A stretch of 64,000 nucleotides of DNA, from positions 1,344,001 through 1,408,000 of the forward strand of contig CAWJSJ010000002.1 in NCBI GenBank assembly GCA_963845565.1. The letters are read 5' to 3'. The translations under genes were made by a program, and so were the position numbers. Below the pieces are notes generated by a model that saw only the letters and a program-made list of their open reading frames with translations, was not told where the DNA came from and did no database searches. Below are positions 30,137-40,128 of the stretch, one piece after another. This stretch comes from an uncultured Methylomirabilota bacterium (GTDB lineage Bacteria; Methylomirabilota; Methylomirabilia; Methylomirabilales; 2-02-FULL-66-22). How positions within the stretch are numbered: position 1 is the stretch's first letter; each line of letters starts with the position of its first letter.

Positions 30137-31447
30137 ATGACACCCGATCGCGATGGCGTGCGCCATCAACCGAGCGAGTTGCGGCAGCGCTGGGGTCTGG
30201 TGGCGGCGGGTGCGACCCTGATGGCGATCTCCTCGGGTGTCTGGTACACCGCCTCCGTCTTCTTCGTGGCTCTCATCCAGGAGTTCAAGTCAGATTACGC
30301 GTCCACGGCGGGCATCTTTTCCCTTTTTACCGTCCTGTACGGCATCTGGGGCATCCTGGCGGGCTCGCTCCTCGACCGCCTCGGCCCGCGGCGCGTGATC
30401 GTGGCTGGCGGCATCCTCTTACCCTTGGCCCTGGCGAGCAGCGGCTTGGCCACCAGCATCCCCCACCTGTACCTGACGCACGGCGTTCTTACTCCCCTCG
30501 GGCTTTCCCTCATGGGGTATGTCCCGGTCTCGGTTCTGATCACCAGAAGCTTCGTCGCGCGACGGGGTCTCGCCCTTGGCTTCGCTTCCGCAGGGGTGGG
30601 CGTGGGGATTCTGGTGGTGGTTCCACTGACGCAACTGCTCATCGATCGGGCCGGCTGGCGGGTGGCGTACTTTGGGCTAGCGGTGATCGCGCTCGGCGTG
30701 ATTCTCCCGATCGGCCTTCTTGCCTTGCGGGGTGGCCGGATACCCCAGCAGGAGGCACCCGGCTGCGGCCTGGGCGTCGGATCTGTGCCGTCCACGCCGG
30801 GCGTCGGTCGGGAATGGACACTGGCGGCGGCGCTCCGCAGCCGAGAGTTCTGGCTGGTCACCGCCGCATTCACCTGCTTGAACAGTCCGAATCAGCTCGT
30901 CCTGACACACCACGTCGCCCACCTCGTCGAGGCAGGCCAAACCAAGATTCTGGTGGCGGGAATCGTGGGGCTGGTGGGTCTGGTCAGTATCCCGGGGAAA
31001 ATCCTGTGGGGGTATCTCGCCGACCGGTGGTGGCCGGAGTGGATCTATTTGACGGGGTGCACGTTTGTGGTGGCCGGGATCACCGTCCTGCTGGGTATCG
31101 GTCCCGCCTCCCCTTTCTGGCACCTGTATCTTTACGCTGTGCTTATGGGGGTGGGGTACTCGGTGTCGCCGGCCATGACCCCGATCATGTGCGGGCTCTT
31201 CTTTGGCGGCCCCCACTTCGGGGTCATCTTCGGGGCGCTCAACATGCTGTACCACGCCGGCGGCGCCTCCGGGGTCTGGCTAGCCGGATACGCCCACGAT
31301 CTTACGGGGAACTACCGCCTCCCGTTCTCGGCCTCCATTGTCAGCGTGACTGCCGCGGTGTTTCTGGTCTGGCTGGTTGCTCCTCGACGGCTGCCCGTGC
31401 GGGGTGCGGAGCGCCAAGCGCCGAAACAGGCGGCGACGACCCAATAG
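30137..31447 (+). CDS. MFS transporter (OFA/MCT-like)
   Basis: GSLLDRLGPRR motif A, RRGLALG, GYLADR; ~12 TM. Confidence 0.92.
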   Translation: MTPDRDGVRHQPSELRQRWGLVAAGATLMAISSGVWYTASVFFVALIQEFKSDYASTAGIFSLFTVLYGIWGILAGSLLDRLGPRRVIVAGGILLPLALASSGLATSIPHLYLTHGVLTPLGLSLMGYVPVSVLITRSFVARRGLALGFASAGVGVGILVVVPLTQLLIDRAGWRVAYFGLAVIALGVILPIGLLALRGGRIPQQEAPGCGLGVGSVPSTPGVGREWTLAAALRSREFWLVTAAFTCLNSPNQLVLTHHVAHLVEAGQTKILVAGIVGLVGLVSIPGKILWGYLADRWWPEWIYLTGCTFVVAGITVLLGIGPASPFWHLYLYAVLMGVGYSVSPAMTPIMCGLFFGGPHFGVIFGALNMLYHAGGASGVWLAGYAHDLTGNYRLPFSASIVSVTAAVFLVWLVAPRRLPVRGAERQAPKQAATTQ

Positions 31448-31542
31448 CCAGCAACGGAGAATCCGTCAGCGTCCCGGCCATCCCATTGACCGGTCTGGCC
31501 GCATCGGTTGTCGGTTTTACCTCCCCGATGCCCTGGCGAATC

Positions 31543-31893
31543 TCAGGTAGTGGGGATGGGCATGGATTCCCGCGCGCGGTCCGCCTTGGCGGCCAGGTAG
31601 AAGTCGCTCTCGGTCAGGCCGTTGATCTTGTGGGTCCAGATCTCGACCTTGCACGTGCCCCAGGCGACGTAAAGATCCGGATGGTGACCTTCTTCCTCGG
31701 CGATGGCGCCGACCTTGTTGGCGAACTCCAGCGCTCGAGCGAAATCCGGAAAACTGTATGCGCGCTCCAGATGCCCCTGCGGATTCACGTGCCATCCGGC
31801 CTTGAGCTGGTAAAGTAACTCCTGGACCTTCGGCCACTCCATCGAGGGGACGCCGCCCCGGCAGGGAACGCACTTCTTCTCCGCGAGACTCAT
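31543..31893 (-). CDS. phhB: Pterin-4-alpha-carbinolamine dehydratase
   Basis: [26 protein letters not shown]. Confidence 0.92.
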   Translation of the reverse strand: MSLAEKKCVPCRGGVPSMEWPKVQELLYQLKAGWHVNPQGHLERAYSFPDFARALEFANKVGAIAEEEGHHPDLYVAWGTCKVEIWTHKINGLTESDFYLAAKADRARESMPIPTT

Positions 31894-32003
31894 GTTCCAT
31901 CCTCCATTCACTTGGGCGGTTTGTGGTGACGGATCATCATACCGCGCGAAGCGGCCCCGGTGAAGCCTGGTATCCGGGCCGGGTCGCCTGCCGGACGTGC
32001 GGA

Positions 32004-32106
32004 AAGCCGTTCTCAAAGAACGACTTGACCGGAGAGATTTTGGGGACGGCATAAGGAGCCGCAACGAAATCAAAAAATTGCCAAACTATTTCGTAACGGC
32101 TCCTAG
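32004..32106 (+). repeat. Repeat family B, copy 4
   Basis: aagccgttctcaaa...atttcgtaacggctcctag. Confidence 0.88.
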
Positions 32107-32211
32107 AAAGGCTATGCTCCTGCCGCGGATTCTCGCGTATAATGCCGCGGCTGGTGTGCGAGGGGCAGGCGGCGTGTTCTTCTGGAATCGCCAGAATGGA
32201 GGAGAATCGGC

Positions 32212-32778
32212 ATGGCGAAGATCTCGACAAGTGAAGCGCAGCAACAGTGCGTGCGGCTGGCGGCGAGCCTCATGGCGACCGCGGCGCGGACGGCCCCCAA
32301 GACCCGGGGCCTCGATTCGGTCTCGACGTTGATTCTCGACGGGGAAGACCTGGAGGCGCTGGCGAAGGCCATGGAGGCGAAGGTCGGAGAAAAGGGGGGC
32401 CGGATCCCCAGCTTCGCGCGGGACGCAAAGAACGTACGAGCGTCCATGGCGGTCTTGCTGGTGGGCGTTACGGGCGAGCCCAAGAACCCCAAGGTCCCGC
32501 TCGACTGCGGGGCGTGTGGTTACGCGGGGTGCGCGGAGTTCATCGAAGCGAAGAAGTCGGAGGGGGAGGACTTCCGGGGGCCGCTGTGCATGTTCCAGAC
32601 GATCGACCTCGGCATCGCCTTGGGGTCCGCCGCCAAGACGGCCGGGCTGCTCAACATCGACAACCGGATCATGTACACCATCGGGGCCGCGGCGAGAAAA
32701 CTCAAGTTGCTCGATGCGGACGTGGTAATCGGCTTCCCGCTGTCGGTGACCGGCAAGAGCCCGTACTTCGATCGTTGA
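32212..32778 (+). CDS. DUF2148 ferredoxin-like protein
   Basis: AARTAPK, DCGACGYAGC, DLGIALGSA, DNRIMYTIG. Confidence 0.88.
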   Translation: MAKISTSEAQQQCVRLAASLMATAARTAPKTRGLDSVSTLILDGEDLEALAKAMEAKVGEKGGRIPSFARDAKNVRASMAVLLVGVTGEPKNPKVPLDCGACGYAGCAEFIEAKKSEGEDFRGPLCMFQTIDLGIALGSAAKTAGLLNIDNRIMYTIGAAARKLKLLDADVVIGFPLSVTGKSPYFDR

Positions 32779-32833
32779 GCCGGCGTTGGGCGCTGCTGGC
32801 CGCATCGAAACCAACGAAAGGATGAGGAACACT

Positions 32834-34078
32834 ATGACATTCCCCGCCTACGCTGAGATCAATCCGCGTCCGCGCCTGCTCATGGGCCCGGGGCCCGGGA
32901 ATGCCGATCCTCGGGTGCTCCGTGCCATGTCGGCCCCGTTGTTGGGGCAGTTCGATCCCCAGTTCCGCGAATACATGCGCGAGACCATGGCGCTCTACCG
33001 TCAGGTCTTCGAGACGAAAAACGAGTGGACGTTGGTGGTGGACGGCACCGCGCGGTCAGCGATCGAGGCGGCGATGGTGAGCATCGTCGAGCCGGGCGAC
33101 CGGGTGCTAGTGGCCAATTTTGGGCGCTTCGGCCAGCTCCAAATCGAGATCGCCCGTCGCGTGGGGGCGGATCTATGTGTCCTCGACGCGCCCTGGGGGA
33201 CCGTGTTCACCCCGGAACAGATCGAGGCCGGGCTCAAGCAGCACCGGCCGAAGCTGCTGGCGATGTGCCAGGGCGAGACTTCGACCACCATGCTCCAGCC
33301 CCTCGCCGAACTCGGGCCGCTGTGCCGGCGATACGGCGTCCTCTTGCAGGTTGACGCCACCGCCTCGTTCGGCGGTGTGCCACTGCCAGCGGACGCTTGG
33401 GAAGTCGATTGCGTCACAGCGGGCCTTCAGAAATGCTTTGCCGGCCCTCCGGGCGCGGCCCCGCTCACGCTGTCGGATCGGGTGGCCGACCTGATCTTCC
33501 GGCGGCGACACATCGAAGAGGGGCTCCGCCCCGCCGACTACCGACCGCCCGAGACTCCCATCATCGGGTCGAACTATTTCGACCTGGCGATGATCATGGA
33601 CTACTGGAGCGAGAAGGGGGTCAATCACCACACCGAGGCCACCACGATGCTCTACGCGGCGCGGGAGAGCGCGCGGATCTTTCTTGCCGAAGGGGCGCCG
33701 CAGGTCTTCGCCCGCCATACCCTGGCGGGGCGCGCCATGGTGGCGGGCGTGGAGGCGCTCGGCCTCACGGTCTTCGGCGACCGGGCGCACAAGATCCCAC
33801 ACGTCACCGGGGTGTGCATTCCCGACGGCGTGGACGGAGAGCGAGTGCGCTCGGCCATGCTTCGCGACTTCGGGGTTGAGATCGGCAGCTCCTTCGGCCC
33901 GCTCAAGGGGAAGATCTGGCGAATCGGGACCATGGGGTACAACGCGCGGCAGGACGCCGTGCTCATCACGCTGGCGGCCCTGGAGGCGGCCCTGGCGACC
34001 GAGCGCGTCAGGCTTCCGCGCGGCGCCGGCGTGGACGCCGCCGTGGCCGTGTACCGGGAGGCGGAGCGGGGTCAGTAG
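32834..34078 (+). CDS. Class V PLP aminotransferase (alanine-glyoxylate / PucG-like)
   Basis: MGPGP, ETST, GLQKC, SNYFDL, NHHTE, WRIGTMG. Confidence 0.92.
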   Translation: MTFPAYAEINPRPRLLMGPGPGNADPRVLRAMSAPLLGQFDPQFREYMRETMALYRQVFETKNEWTLVVDGTARSAIEAAMVSIVEPGDRVLVANFGRFGQLQIEIARRVGADLCVLDAPWGTVFTPEQIEAGLKQHRPKLLAMCQGETSTTMLQPLAELGPLCRRYGVLLQVDATASFGGVPLPADAWEVDCVTAGLQKCFAGPPGAAPLTLSDRVADLIFRRRHIEEGLRPADYRPPETPIIGSNYFDLAMIMDYWSEKGVNHHTEATTMLYAARESARIFLAEGAPQVFARHTLAGRAMVAGVEALGLTVFGDRAHKIPHVTGVCIPDGVDGERVRSAMLRDFGVEIGSSFGPLKGKIWRIGTMGYNARQDAVLITLAALEAALATERVRLPRGAGVDAAVAVYREAERGQ

Positions 34079-34129
34079 GGCAACAAGAGCGCGACTTCAG
34101 ACACGCCAGGGCCCGCGGGGTTTCTTCGA

Positions 34130-35125
34130 ATGTCTATGTATGATGCGCCCGTGGCAGCGCTCTCCTGGCTCGGCCGCCAAGGTACGCGAGCGGTCGCAGC
34201 ACTCGTTGCCATCGGTATTGCCCTTCCATCGATTGGCGCCATACTGAAGCCGTATGTCACCGAGGCAGTCTTCGTGCTCTTGTGTATCGCGTTCCTGCGC
34301 CTGGACGCGGCGGCGTTCAAGACCTGCCTTCGTCGCCCGGCCATCGTGCTTGCTGCAACCGCGTGGACGTCGGTGGCAATTCCAGTCTTGTTCGGAGCGA
34401 GCTGTCTCGCTTTTGGGCTCAATAAACAGGCACCCGACTTGTTCCTTGGGCTCATGCTGCAGGCAGTTGCCTCCCCGATGATGGCAGCTCCCGCCTTGGC
34501 AGCGTTAATGGGATTGGACGCCACGCTTGTGCTTGTGGCCCTGATCGCCAGCACAGCATTGGTTCCGCTTACGGCACCCCTGCTCGCGCTCGTCTTCGTC
34601 GGGCGGAGCCTCTCGATTCCACCACTGATACTCGCGATCAAGTTATTCGTCATCCTCGCGGGTGCCGCCCTGGTTGGCTTGATCGTGCGTCGGGCTCTTG
34701 GCCTCGCGGCCATTGCACGGCACAAGGAGAGAATCGACGGCCTCAATATCCTCGTCCTTTTCGTCTTCGTGGCAGCCGTTATGGAAAGTGTCGGTGCTCG
34801 TTTCCTTGCCACCCCACTGCTCACAACGGGTCTCGCGGCGCTTGCCTTTGTGGTGTTCTCGGCTGTTCTTTTGCTCACTACGCTCCTGTTTCTGTCCGCA
34901 GGCCGAGCTCGCGCCCTTGCGCTCGGATTCATGGCGTCACAGCGGAATATGGGGCTGATGCTCGCGGCGACCGGTGGGGCCTTGCCCGATCTCACTTGGC
35001 TGTATTTCGCTCTTTCCCAGTTCCCTATCTATCTGTCGCCGCAGCTCCTTCAGCCGCTGGCGCGACGGATTCTCGGGCGGGCGCCGCACGCAGGCGCACA
35101 GGTGTACGAGCCGAAGACGCAGTGA
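34130..35125 (+). CDS. Na+-dependent (BASS-like) transporter
   Basis: ASPMMAAP, SQRNMGL, QFPIY; ~10 TM. Confidence 0.8.
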   Translation: MSMYDAPVAALSWLGRQGTRAVAALVAIGIALPSIGAILKPYVTEAVFVLLCIAFLRLDAAAFKTCLRRPAIVLAATAWTSVAIPVLFGASCLAFGLNKQAPDLFLGLMLQAVASPMMAAPALAALMGLDATLVLVALIASTALVPLTAPLLALVFVGRSLSIPPLILAIKLFVILAGAALVGLIVRRALGLAAIARHKERIDGLNILVLFVFVAAVMESVGARFLATPLLTTGLAALAFVVFSAVLLLTTLLFLSAGRARALALGFMASQRNMGLMLAATGGALPDLTWLYFALSQFPIYLSPQLLQPLARRILGRAPHAGAQVYEPKTQ

Positions 35126-35152
35126 GCACGCTCGACGTGTGAGACGCGCGCG

Positions 35153-36334
35153 CTACAGTTTCTTCCTGAACGGCGCAGCGTAGCCGGTCATCTCGACGTA
35201 GCCCTTGGCCTTCACGGGATGGCTGAAGACGGTGCCGTCGGCCCGGACGGCGCCCTCCCAATAGATCACGCCGGTGCTCTTTGCCGTGTCGAGCTCCTGA
35301 TCGGGGAAGACCGGCGTCACGGTCAGGTTCATCCCCAGGGACGGGACGGACAGGCGCCATTTGATCGGGTACACGCCTTTGTTCCGGGGGCTCGCCCAGC
35401 GGTCGAGCACCTCGATCGTGAAATCGGACTGACGAAGACGGACGGATCGGCCATCCCTGTGCACCCACGTGCCTGCCGAGTACGGATCGGGCCGTCCGTC
35501 GGCCTTTCGGATGATGTAGAGCATCAGGTCCGTCCCGTCCTCGAACTGTAGGCTGAACCAGTCCCATCCGACCTGATCGGGATTGAGCTGGGTGGAGCCG
35601 AACTCGTGGTCCATCCAGCCGAGCCCGGTTACCGGCAACGCGGTCCCACGAACGGTCAGGGTGCCCTCGGCAGCCAGCCGCGTCAGCGAATAGTAGTGTG
35701 AGGCGTGGCCACGGCCCTCACCCTTCCGGCTGATTCCGTTCTCGCCGTGGATCACCGGCGGCTTCTCTGCGGCAAGCGTGAGATCCAGAGCGAAGTCCCC
35801 CTCCTTCGCCGCGAGTCGCTGTTTCGTTCCGTCACCCTTCGTCTCCCAGTCGCCGACCCAGACGCGGAACTCCGTCTCGCTGGCGCCCGATGCACCCAGA
35901 CCGGCTCGGTTCACCCGCTCGAAGTACCGGAATTCCTGTCGTCTCACGTCGGACACGGCGAAATGGGCGAGGTAGAGGTTCTTCGCGGCCCAGCGGGACG
36001 GATTCGTCTGCGCCGCCGCCAGGCCACTCCGGAAGAATGTCACCTGGTATCCGTATTCCTCGCCGCTCTTGGCACGGAGGTGCCCCGTGTAGTACCACCA
36101 CTCGGTCCGGAAGCCCTCGTGCGCGAAGTGGTCGCGAGGGAACGAAAAGGTATACCCAGGCAGCGCCTGCCGAAACTCCCCCGCCGCGAGGAGCGGGGGG
36201 GAAACCAACCGCCAAGTTGCCAAGGACGCCAGGAACGCTATTGCCAGAAGACGCGAGACGGTGTGCGCTTTCCAAGATTTCCTTGGCGGTCCTTGCGTCT
36301 TTGCGGTTGACCTCTCAAGCTGTTGAAGCACCAC
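35153..36334 (-). CDS. AttH/CrtC-like lipocalin-fold secreted hydrolase
   Basis: FPRDH..H..EWWY, WMDHEF, GWDWF, YWEG, GYVEMTGY; GTG start at 36334 inferred. Confidence 0.88.
   Translation of the reverse strand: MVLQQLERSTAKTQGPPRKSWKAHTVSRLLAIAFLASLATWRLVSPPLLAAGEFRQALPGYTFSFPRDHFAHEGFRTEWWYYTGHLRAKSGEEYGYQVTFFRSGLAAAQTNPSRWAAKNLYLAHFAVSDVRRQEFRYFERVNRAGLGASGASETEFRVWVGDWETKGDGTKQRLAAKEGDFALDLTLAAEKPPVIHGENGISRKGEGRGHASHYYSLTRLAAEGTLTVRGTALPVTGLGWMDHEFGSTQLNPDQVGWDWFSLQFEDGTDLMLYIIRKADGRPDPYSAGTWVHRDGRSVRLRQSDFTIEVLDRWASPRNKGVYPIKWRLSVPSLGMNLTVTPVFPDQELDTAKSTGVIYWEGAVRADGTVFSHPVKAKGYVEMTGYAAPFRKKL
36207..36308. repeat. 9-mer-period palindromic repeat within the 5' end of the attH-like gene
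   Basis: aaccgccaagttgccaaggacgccagg...ccttggcggtccttgcgtctttgcggtt. Confidence 0.65.
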
Positions 36335-36343
36335 TATTCCCCC

Positions 36344-36469
36344 CAGGTTGCTCAAAAAGGCCCAGATGCAAGGCGGCGCGCGATGCGCGGCGCGAGACGT
36401 ACTGCGCCCGTACGTCGCAGCGCCGCGCGAGCGTGCCAACGCCGCAGATGGGCCTTTTTCAGCAACCGG
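36344..36469 (-). repeat. Repeat family A, copy 6
   Basis: Directly after TAG stop of 36470..39031. Confidence 0.88.
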
Positions 36470-39031
36470 CTATTCATACCGCACCGCCTCGGCGATCGGC
36501 AGGCGCGAGGCGCGCCAGGCCGGAAAGGCGCCGGCGATCAAGCTGGCGCCCAGCGTGAGCAGGGTGTATTGCAAGATGAGCATCCCTGGGAAGCCGAACT
36601 GGATGGTCCAGCCGAAGGATTGTTTGTTGATCACGTGGATCAGGATGAGGGAGAGCGCCAATCCGGCCAGCGTCCCGAGGAGGTTCGCCAGTACCCCGAG
36701 CAGTCCCGCCTCCCACAGGATGGAACGCAGGAGGCGTCCTCGGGTGAAGCCCAGGGAGCGCAGGATGCCGATCTCCCGGGTGCGCTCCAGCACGGACGCC
36801 AGGAGGGTGTTGAGGACGCCGAGGACGGCCACGATCAGCGCGATGGCTTCCAGACCGTAGGTGATCGCGAAGGTCTGGTCGAAGATCTCCAGGACGCGCG
36901 CCTTGAGCGCGCCATTGGAGAGGATGAGGAGGTCGTTCCGGTCGGCGAATCGTTGCTGGAGCGCCAGCCGGACGGCCTGGGGGTCGGCTCCGGGAGTCAG
37001 GTAGATCACCACGGAATTGACCCACGGATCTTGCCAGAGCCGCCGGAAGAGGGCGCGGTCCATCACGGCCAGGCCGCCCTCTGTGGTGTAGTCGTAGTAG
37101 ACGCCGGCGATCCGCAGGCGCACCATCCCGCCCGGCGGCCGCAACACGACTTCGTCTCCTTCCTTGAGGCGATAGCGCTCGGCGAAGGTCTCCGAGACGA
37201 CGATCTGGTCGCGCGCTCGGGCGTCCGACAGCACGGCGGCGGACTCGCCGCGTCGAAAGGGCAAGCGACCCCGCCGTGCCATGATCTCGAAATCCCCTGC
37301 CCCCAGGACGAAGGTGCCCCCTTGTCCGTCCTCCACCCGCATGCCGCGGAACCCATCCGCCTCGGCGACGCCAGGGACCTGGCGAACCTGGTCCAGGAGT
37401 GCCGCCGGGAGCCTGGAATCGGCCCCCCGGATGACGCGGCTCGCCTGCGAGAGGTAGAGATCGGCCTGGATCGTCTGCTGGATCCAGACTTCCACGGTCC
37501 GGCGAAAGCTGTGGATCATCGTCGAAACGCTGACCAGCATGGCCAGGCCGACCAAGATGGCGCTGATCGTCACCGCGTTCCGCCGCAGCATGCGCCCGAG
37601 GTTCCCCAGCGCCACCCGCGCCTCGACCAGTCCCGAGCCGGAAAAGACGCGCGCCAGGGGTCGCTGGACGACCAGGAGCGTCGCCGGAGACAGAAGTGCT
37701 GCTCCGAGGAGCAGGGCCAGGGAGGCACCATACCCGAAGAGCGGCCGGCCGCCGACCGGTCCGAGTTGCCCCAGCCCGTACGCGCAGACCAACAGCATTC
37801 CGCCGAGCGCGGCCAGGGCCCACGGTCGGTGCCGCCGATCCACGGACGCCGCCCCGAGATTCTCCCAGGGCGGGATGGCCGTGGCCTCCCGAGCCGGCAG
37901 GAGCGAGGAGACGAGGGCCGTTCCGCATCCTAGCAGAATCGCCAACGCGATCAGGCCCGGAGCCACCTCGAGATCGCCGGGGCGAACGAAGACGTAGAGG
38001 GAAGAGACGGTTCGGCTGACCATACCAAGAACGACGCGGGCGAGTGCCACACCCATCAGAACACCCAGGCACGACCCGGCGAGTCCGATCAGCAATCCTT
38101 CGCTGCAGATCAGGACCAGGATACCCCGGCGACCCACCCCCAGGCTGCGCAGGATCCCGATCTGGTGTCGCTGCCGCACGACGGAAACCGACATCGTGTT
38201 GTACACCAGGAAGGCGCCGACGAAGAGGGCGATCAGGCTCAGGACGAAGAGGTTGAGCTGGAATGAGCCGAGCATTTGCTCCACCTGGGCGTTCCGGGCC
38301 TCCGGCGGCGCCACGTTCACGTGGGACGGGAGCGCCATGCGCAGCCCCGCGGCCACCCGCATCGGATCCGCCACGGCGTCCAGCACGAGGTCCACGCGAT
38401 CCAGGCGGCCCAGTTTTCCAAGATGGAGCTGCGCCGCTGCAATATCCAGAACCGCAACCTGGCCATCCATGGCGCGGGCCGTCCCCGCGTCAGCAAGGAG
38501 GCCACGCACGATGAACGACTTGAGGCCTGTCGGCGTGACGAGACGAATCGGATCTCCCGACTTCAGGCCGTGGGCCCGGGCGTACTGTTCGGTCAACAGG
38601 ATCGCGTCGGGATCGGTGAGGAGACGGAGCGGATCAGCCAGTTCCGGCGTGGGGCCGCGGTATTCGCGGACGCTCCCGTCACTCAGAATGTCCACGCCCA
38701 GGACGAGGAGCACCTCGCCCGGTCGGCCGGCGATCGCCGTTACGGCCTGGACGACTGGCACGGCGTGGGCGACGCCGGGCGTCCCGGCGATCCGGGGAAG
38801 GAGTGTTTCGTCCAATCCGGACTCGCCCGCCGTGACCTGCAGGCGGCTCTTGCCCACCACATGATCGAGGCTATGTCTGAACGAGTCCAGCACGCTGTCG
38901 TTGGCCAGCCGAATGGCCAGTGCCACCGCCACGCCCAGCGAGACCCCCAGAACCGTGATGAGCGTTCGCAGCCGGTCGCGGCTGAGCGTCCGCCAGATCA
39001 GGAGGTGAATGAGTTGCACAAAGGCGCGCAT
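36470..39031 (-). CDS. FtsX/MacB-like ABC permease with duplicated domains (AttF/G-like)
   Basis: Two R..EIGILRSLG-type motifs, INKQSFGW. Confidence 0.92.
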   Translation of the reverse strand: MRAFVQLIHLLIWRTLSRDRLRTLITVLGVSLGVAVALAIRLANDSVLDSFRHSLDHVVGKSRLQVTAGESGLDETLLPRIAGTPGVAHAVPVVQAVTAIAGRPGEVLLVLGVDILSDGSVREYRGPTPELADPLRLLTDPDAILLTEQYARAHGLKSGDPIRLVTPTGLKSFIVRGLLADAGTARAMDGQVAVLDIAAAQLHLGKLGRLDRVDLVLDAVADPMRVAAGLRMALPSHVNVAPPEARNAQVEQMLGSFQLNLFVLSLIALFVGAFLVYNTMSVSVVRQRHQIGILRSLGVGRRGILVLICSEGLLIGLAGSCLGVLMGVALARVVLGMVSRTVSSLYVFVRPGDLEVAPGLIALAILLGCGTALVSSLLPAREATAIPPWENLGAASVDRRHRPWALAALGGMLLVCAYGLGQLGPVGGRPLFGYGASLALLLGAALLSPATLLVVQRPLARVFSGSGLVEARVALGNLGRMLRRNAVTISAILVGLAMLVSVSTMIHSFRRTVEVWIQQTIQADLYLSQASRVIRGADSRLPAALLDQVRQVPGVAEADGFRGMRVEDGQGGTFVLGAGDFEIMARRGRLPFRRGESAAVLSDARARDQIVVSETFAERYRLKEGDEVVLRPPGGMVRLRIAGVYYDYTTEGGLAVMDRALFRRLWQDPWVNSVVIYLTPGADPQAVRLALQQRFADRNDLLILSNGALKARVLEIFDQTFAITYGLEAIALIVAVLGVLNTLLASVLERTREIGILRSLGFTRGRLLRSILWEAGLLGVLANLLGTLAGLALSLILIHVINKQSFGWTIQFGFPGMLILQYTLLTLGASLIAGAFPAWRASRLPIAEAVRYE

Positions 39032-39054
39032 GGGTGGCGACTATGAGAAGACAA

Positions 39055-39118
39055 GGTTCGACGGTTCGACGGTTCGAGAGTTCGGCGGTACCGGAACTGC
39101 CGAACCGTCGAACTGCCG
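39055..39118. repeat. 8-mer-period palindromic repeat, copy 2
   Basis: ggttcgacggttcgacggttcgagagttcggc...ccgaaccgtcgaactgccg. Confidence 0.82.
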
Positions 39119-39150
39119 TACTTCCAAACCTTTCTGCGTCGTCGAGAGAA

Positions 39151-39858
39151 TCAATGCCGTGCCATATCGCGTTGTGTCGACGACGATGGCTCATCCCGCA
39201 GGACGTTTCCGTCCCGCAGGCGAATCACCCGGTGGGCATACGCGGCAGCCTCTTGGCTGTGGGTGGCCAGGAGAATCGTCACGCCCCGCTCGACGTTGAG
39301 ACGGGCAAGGAGATCCAAGACCTCCAGGCCCGCCTTCGAGTCCAGGTTTCCCGTAGGCTCGTCCGCCAGCAGGATCGAGGGCCCGTTGACCAGCGCCCGC
39401 GCGATCGCCACCCGTTGCATCTCGCCGCCGGACAGCTCGTGCGGCCAGTGGTCCCTGCGGTGGAGCATGCCCACCCGCTTCAGCCAGTCGTCGGCCCGCT
39501 CCTGCGCTACCCGCGCGCGAACGCCGGTCAGGAGCGCCGGCAGCGCCACGTTCTCTCCGGCCGAGAGCGTCGGCAAGAGGTTGTAGAACTGATAGACGAT
39601 GCCGACCTGATCCCGGCGGAGTCGGCTCAGCGCGGCGTCAGAAAGCCGCGATAGCTCTTGGCCGTTTACCCAGACTTCACCTGTCGTCGGCAAGTCCACG
39701 CCGGCTACGAGGTGCAGGAGCGTGCTCTTCCCGCACCCGCTGGCCCCCATCAGGGCGGCGAATGTCTCGGGTACGATTTCCAGGCTCACGTCGGCGAGCG
39801 CCGCGACGCGGATGCGGGAACGGTGGTAGGTCTTCGAGACATTGACGAGACGGATCAT
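39151..39858 (-). CDS. ABC ATP-binding protein, LolD-like
   Basis: GASGCGKST, LSGGEMQR, ADEPTGNLD. Confidence 0.94.
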   Translation of the reverse strand: MIRLVNVSKTYHRSRIRVAALADVSLEIVPETFAALMGASGCGKSTLLHLVAGVDLPTTGEVWVNGQELSRLSDAALSRLRRDQVGIVYQFYNLLPTLSAGENVALPALLTGVRARVAQERADDWLKRVGMLHRRDHWPHELSGGEMQRVAIARALVNGPSILLADEPTGNLDSKAGLEVLDLLARLNVERGVTILLATHSQEAAAYAHRVIRLRDGNVLRDEPSSSTQRDMARH

Positions 39859-40128
39859 TGTCGGATATCCCTGCCGGCGATGTTGACCGGGTGGGCGCAG
39901 AGCGTCAACAAAAAAGGGGGACCTCCGACCCGCGTTCGAGCTTCGAGGCAGATTCCGTCTTGACAGGACTTGCCTAAGCGCGGCATGCTCCGGCGGATCC
40001 GGGACGGCCGTTTTCGAGTGCGCACTGGGGAATGCGGCCGGACCGGGGTATCGCCGCAGGGGGCGCTCGCGCCAGGGTGGGGGCGGAAGCCGAAACCGCG
40101 GGAATGCGCAGCATACGGGGTGTGACGG

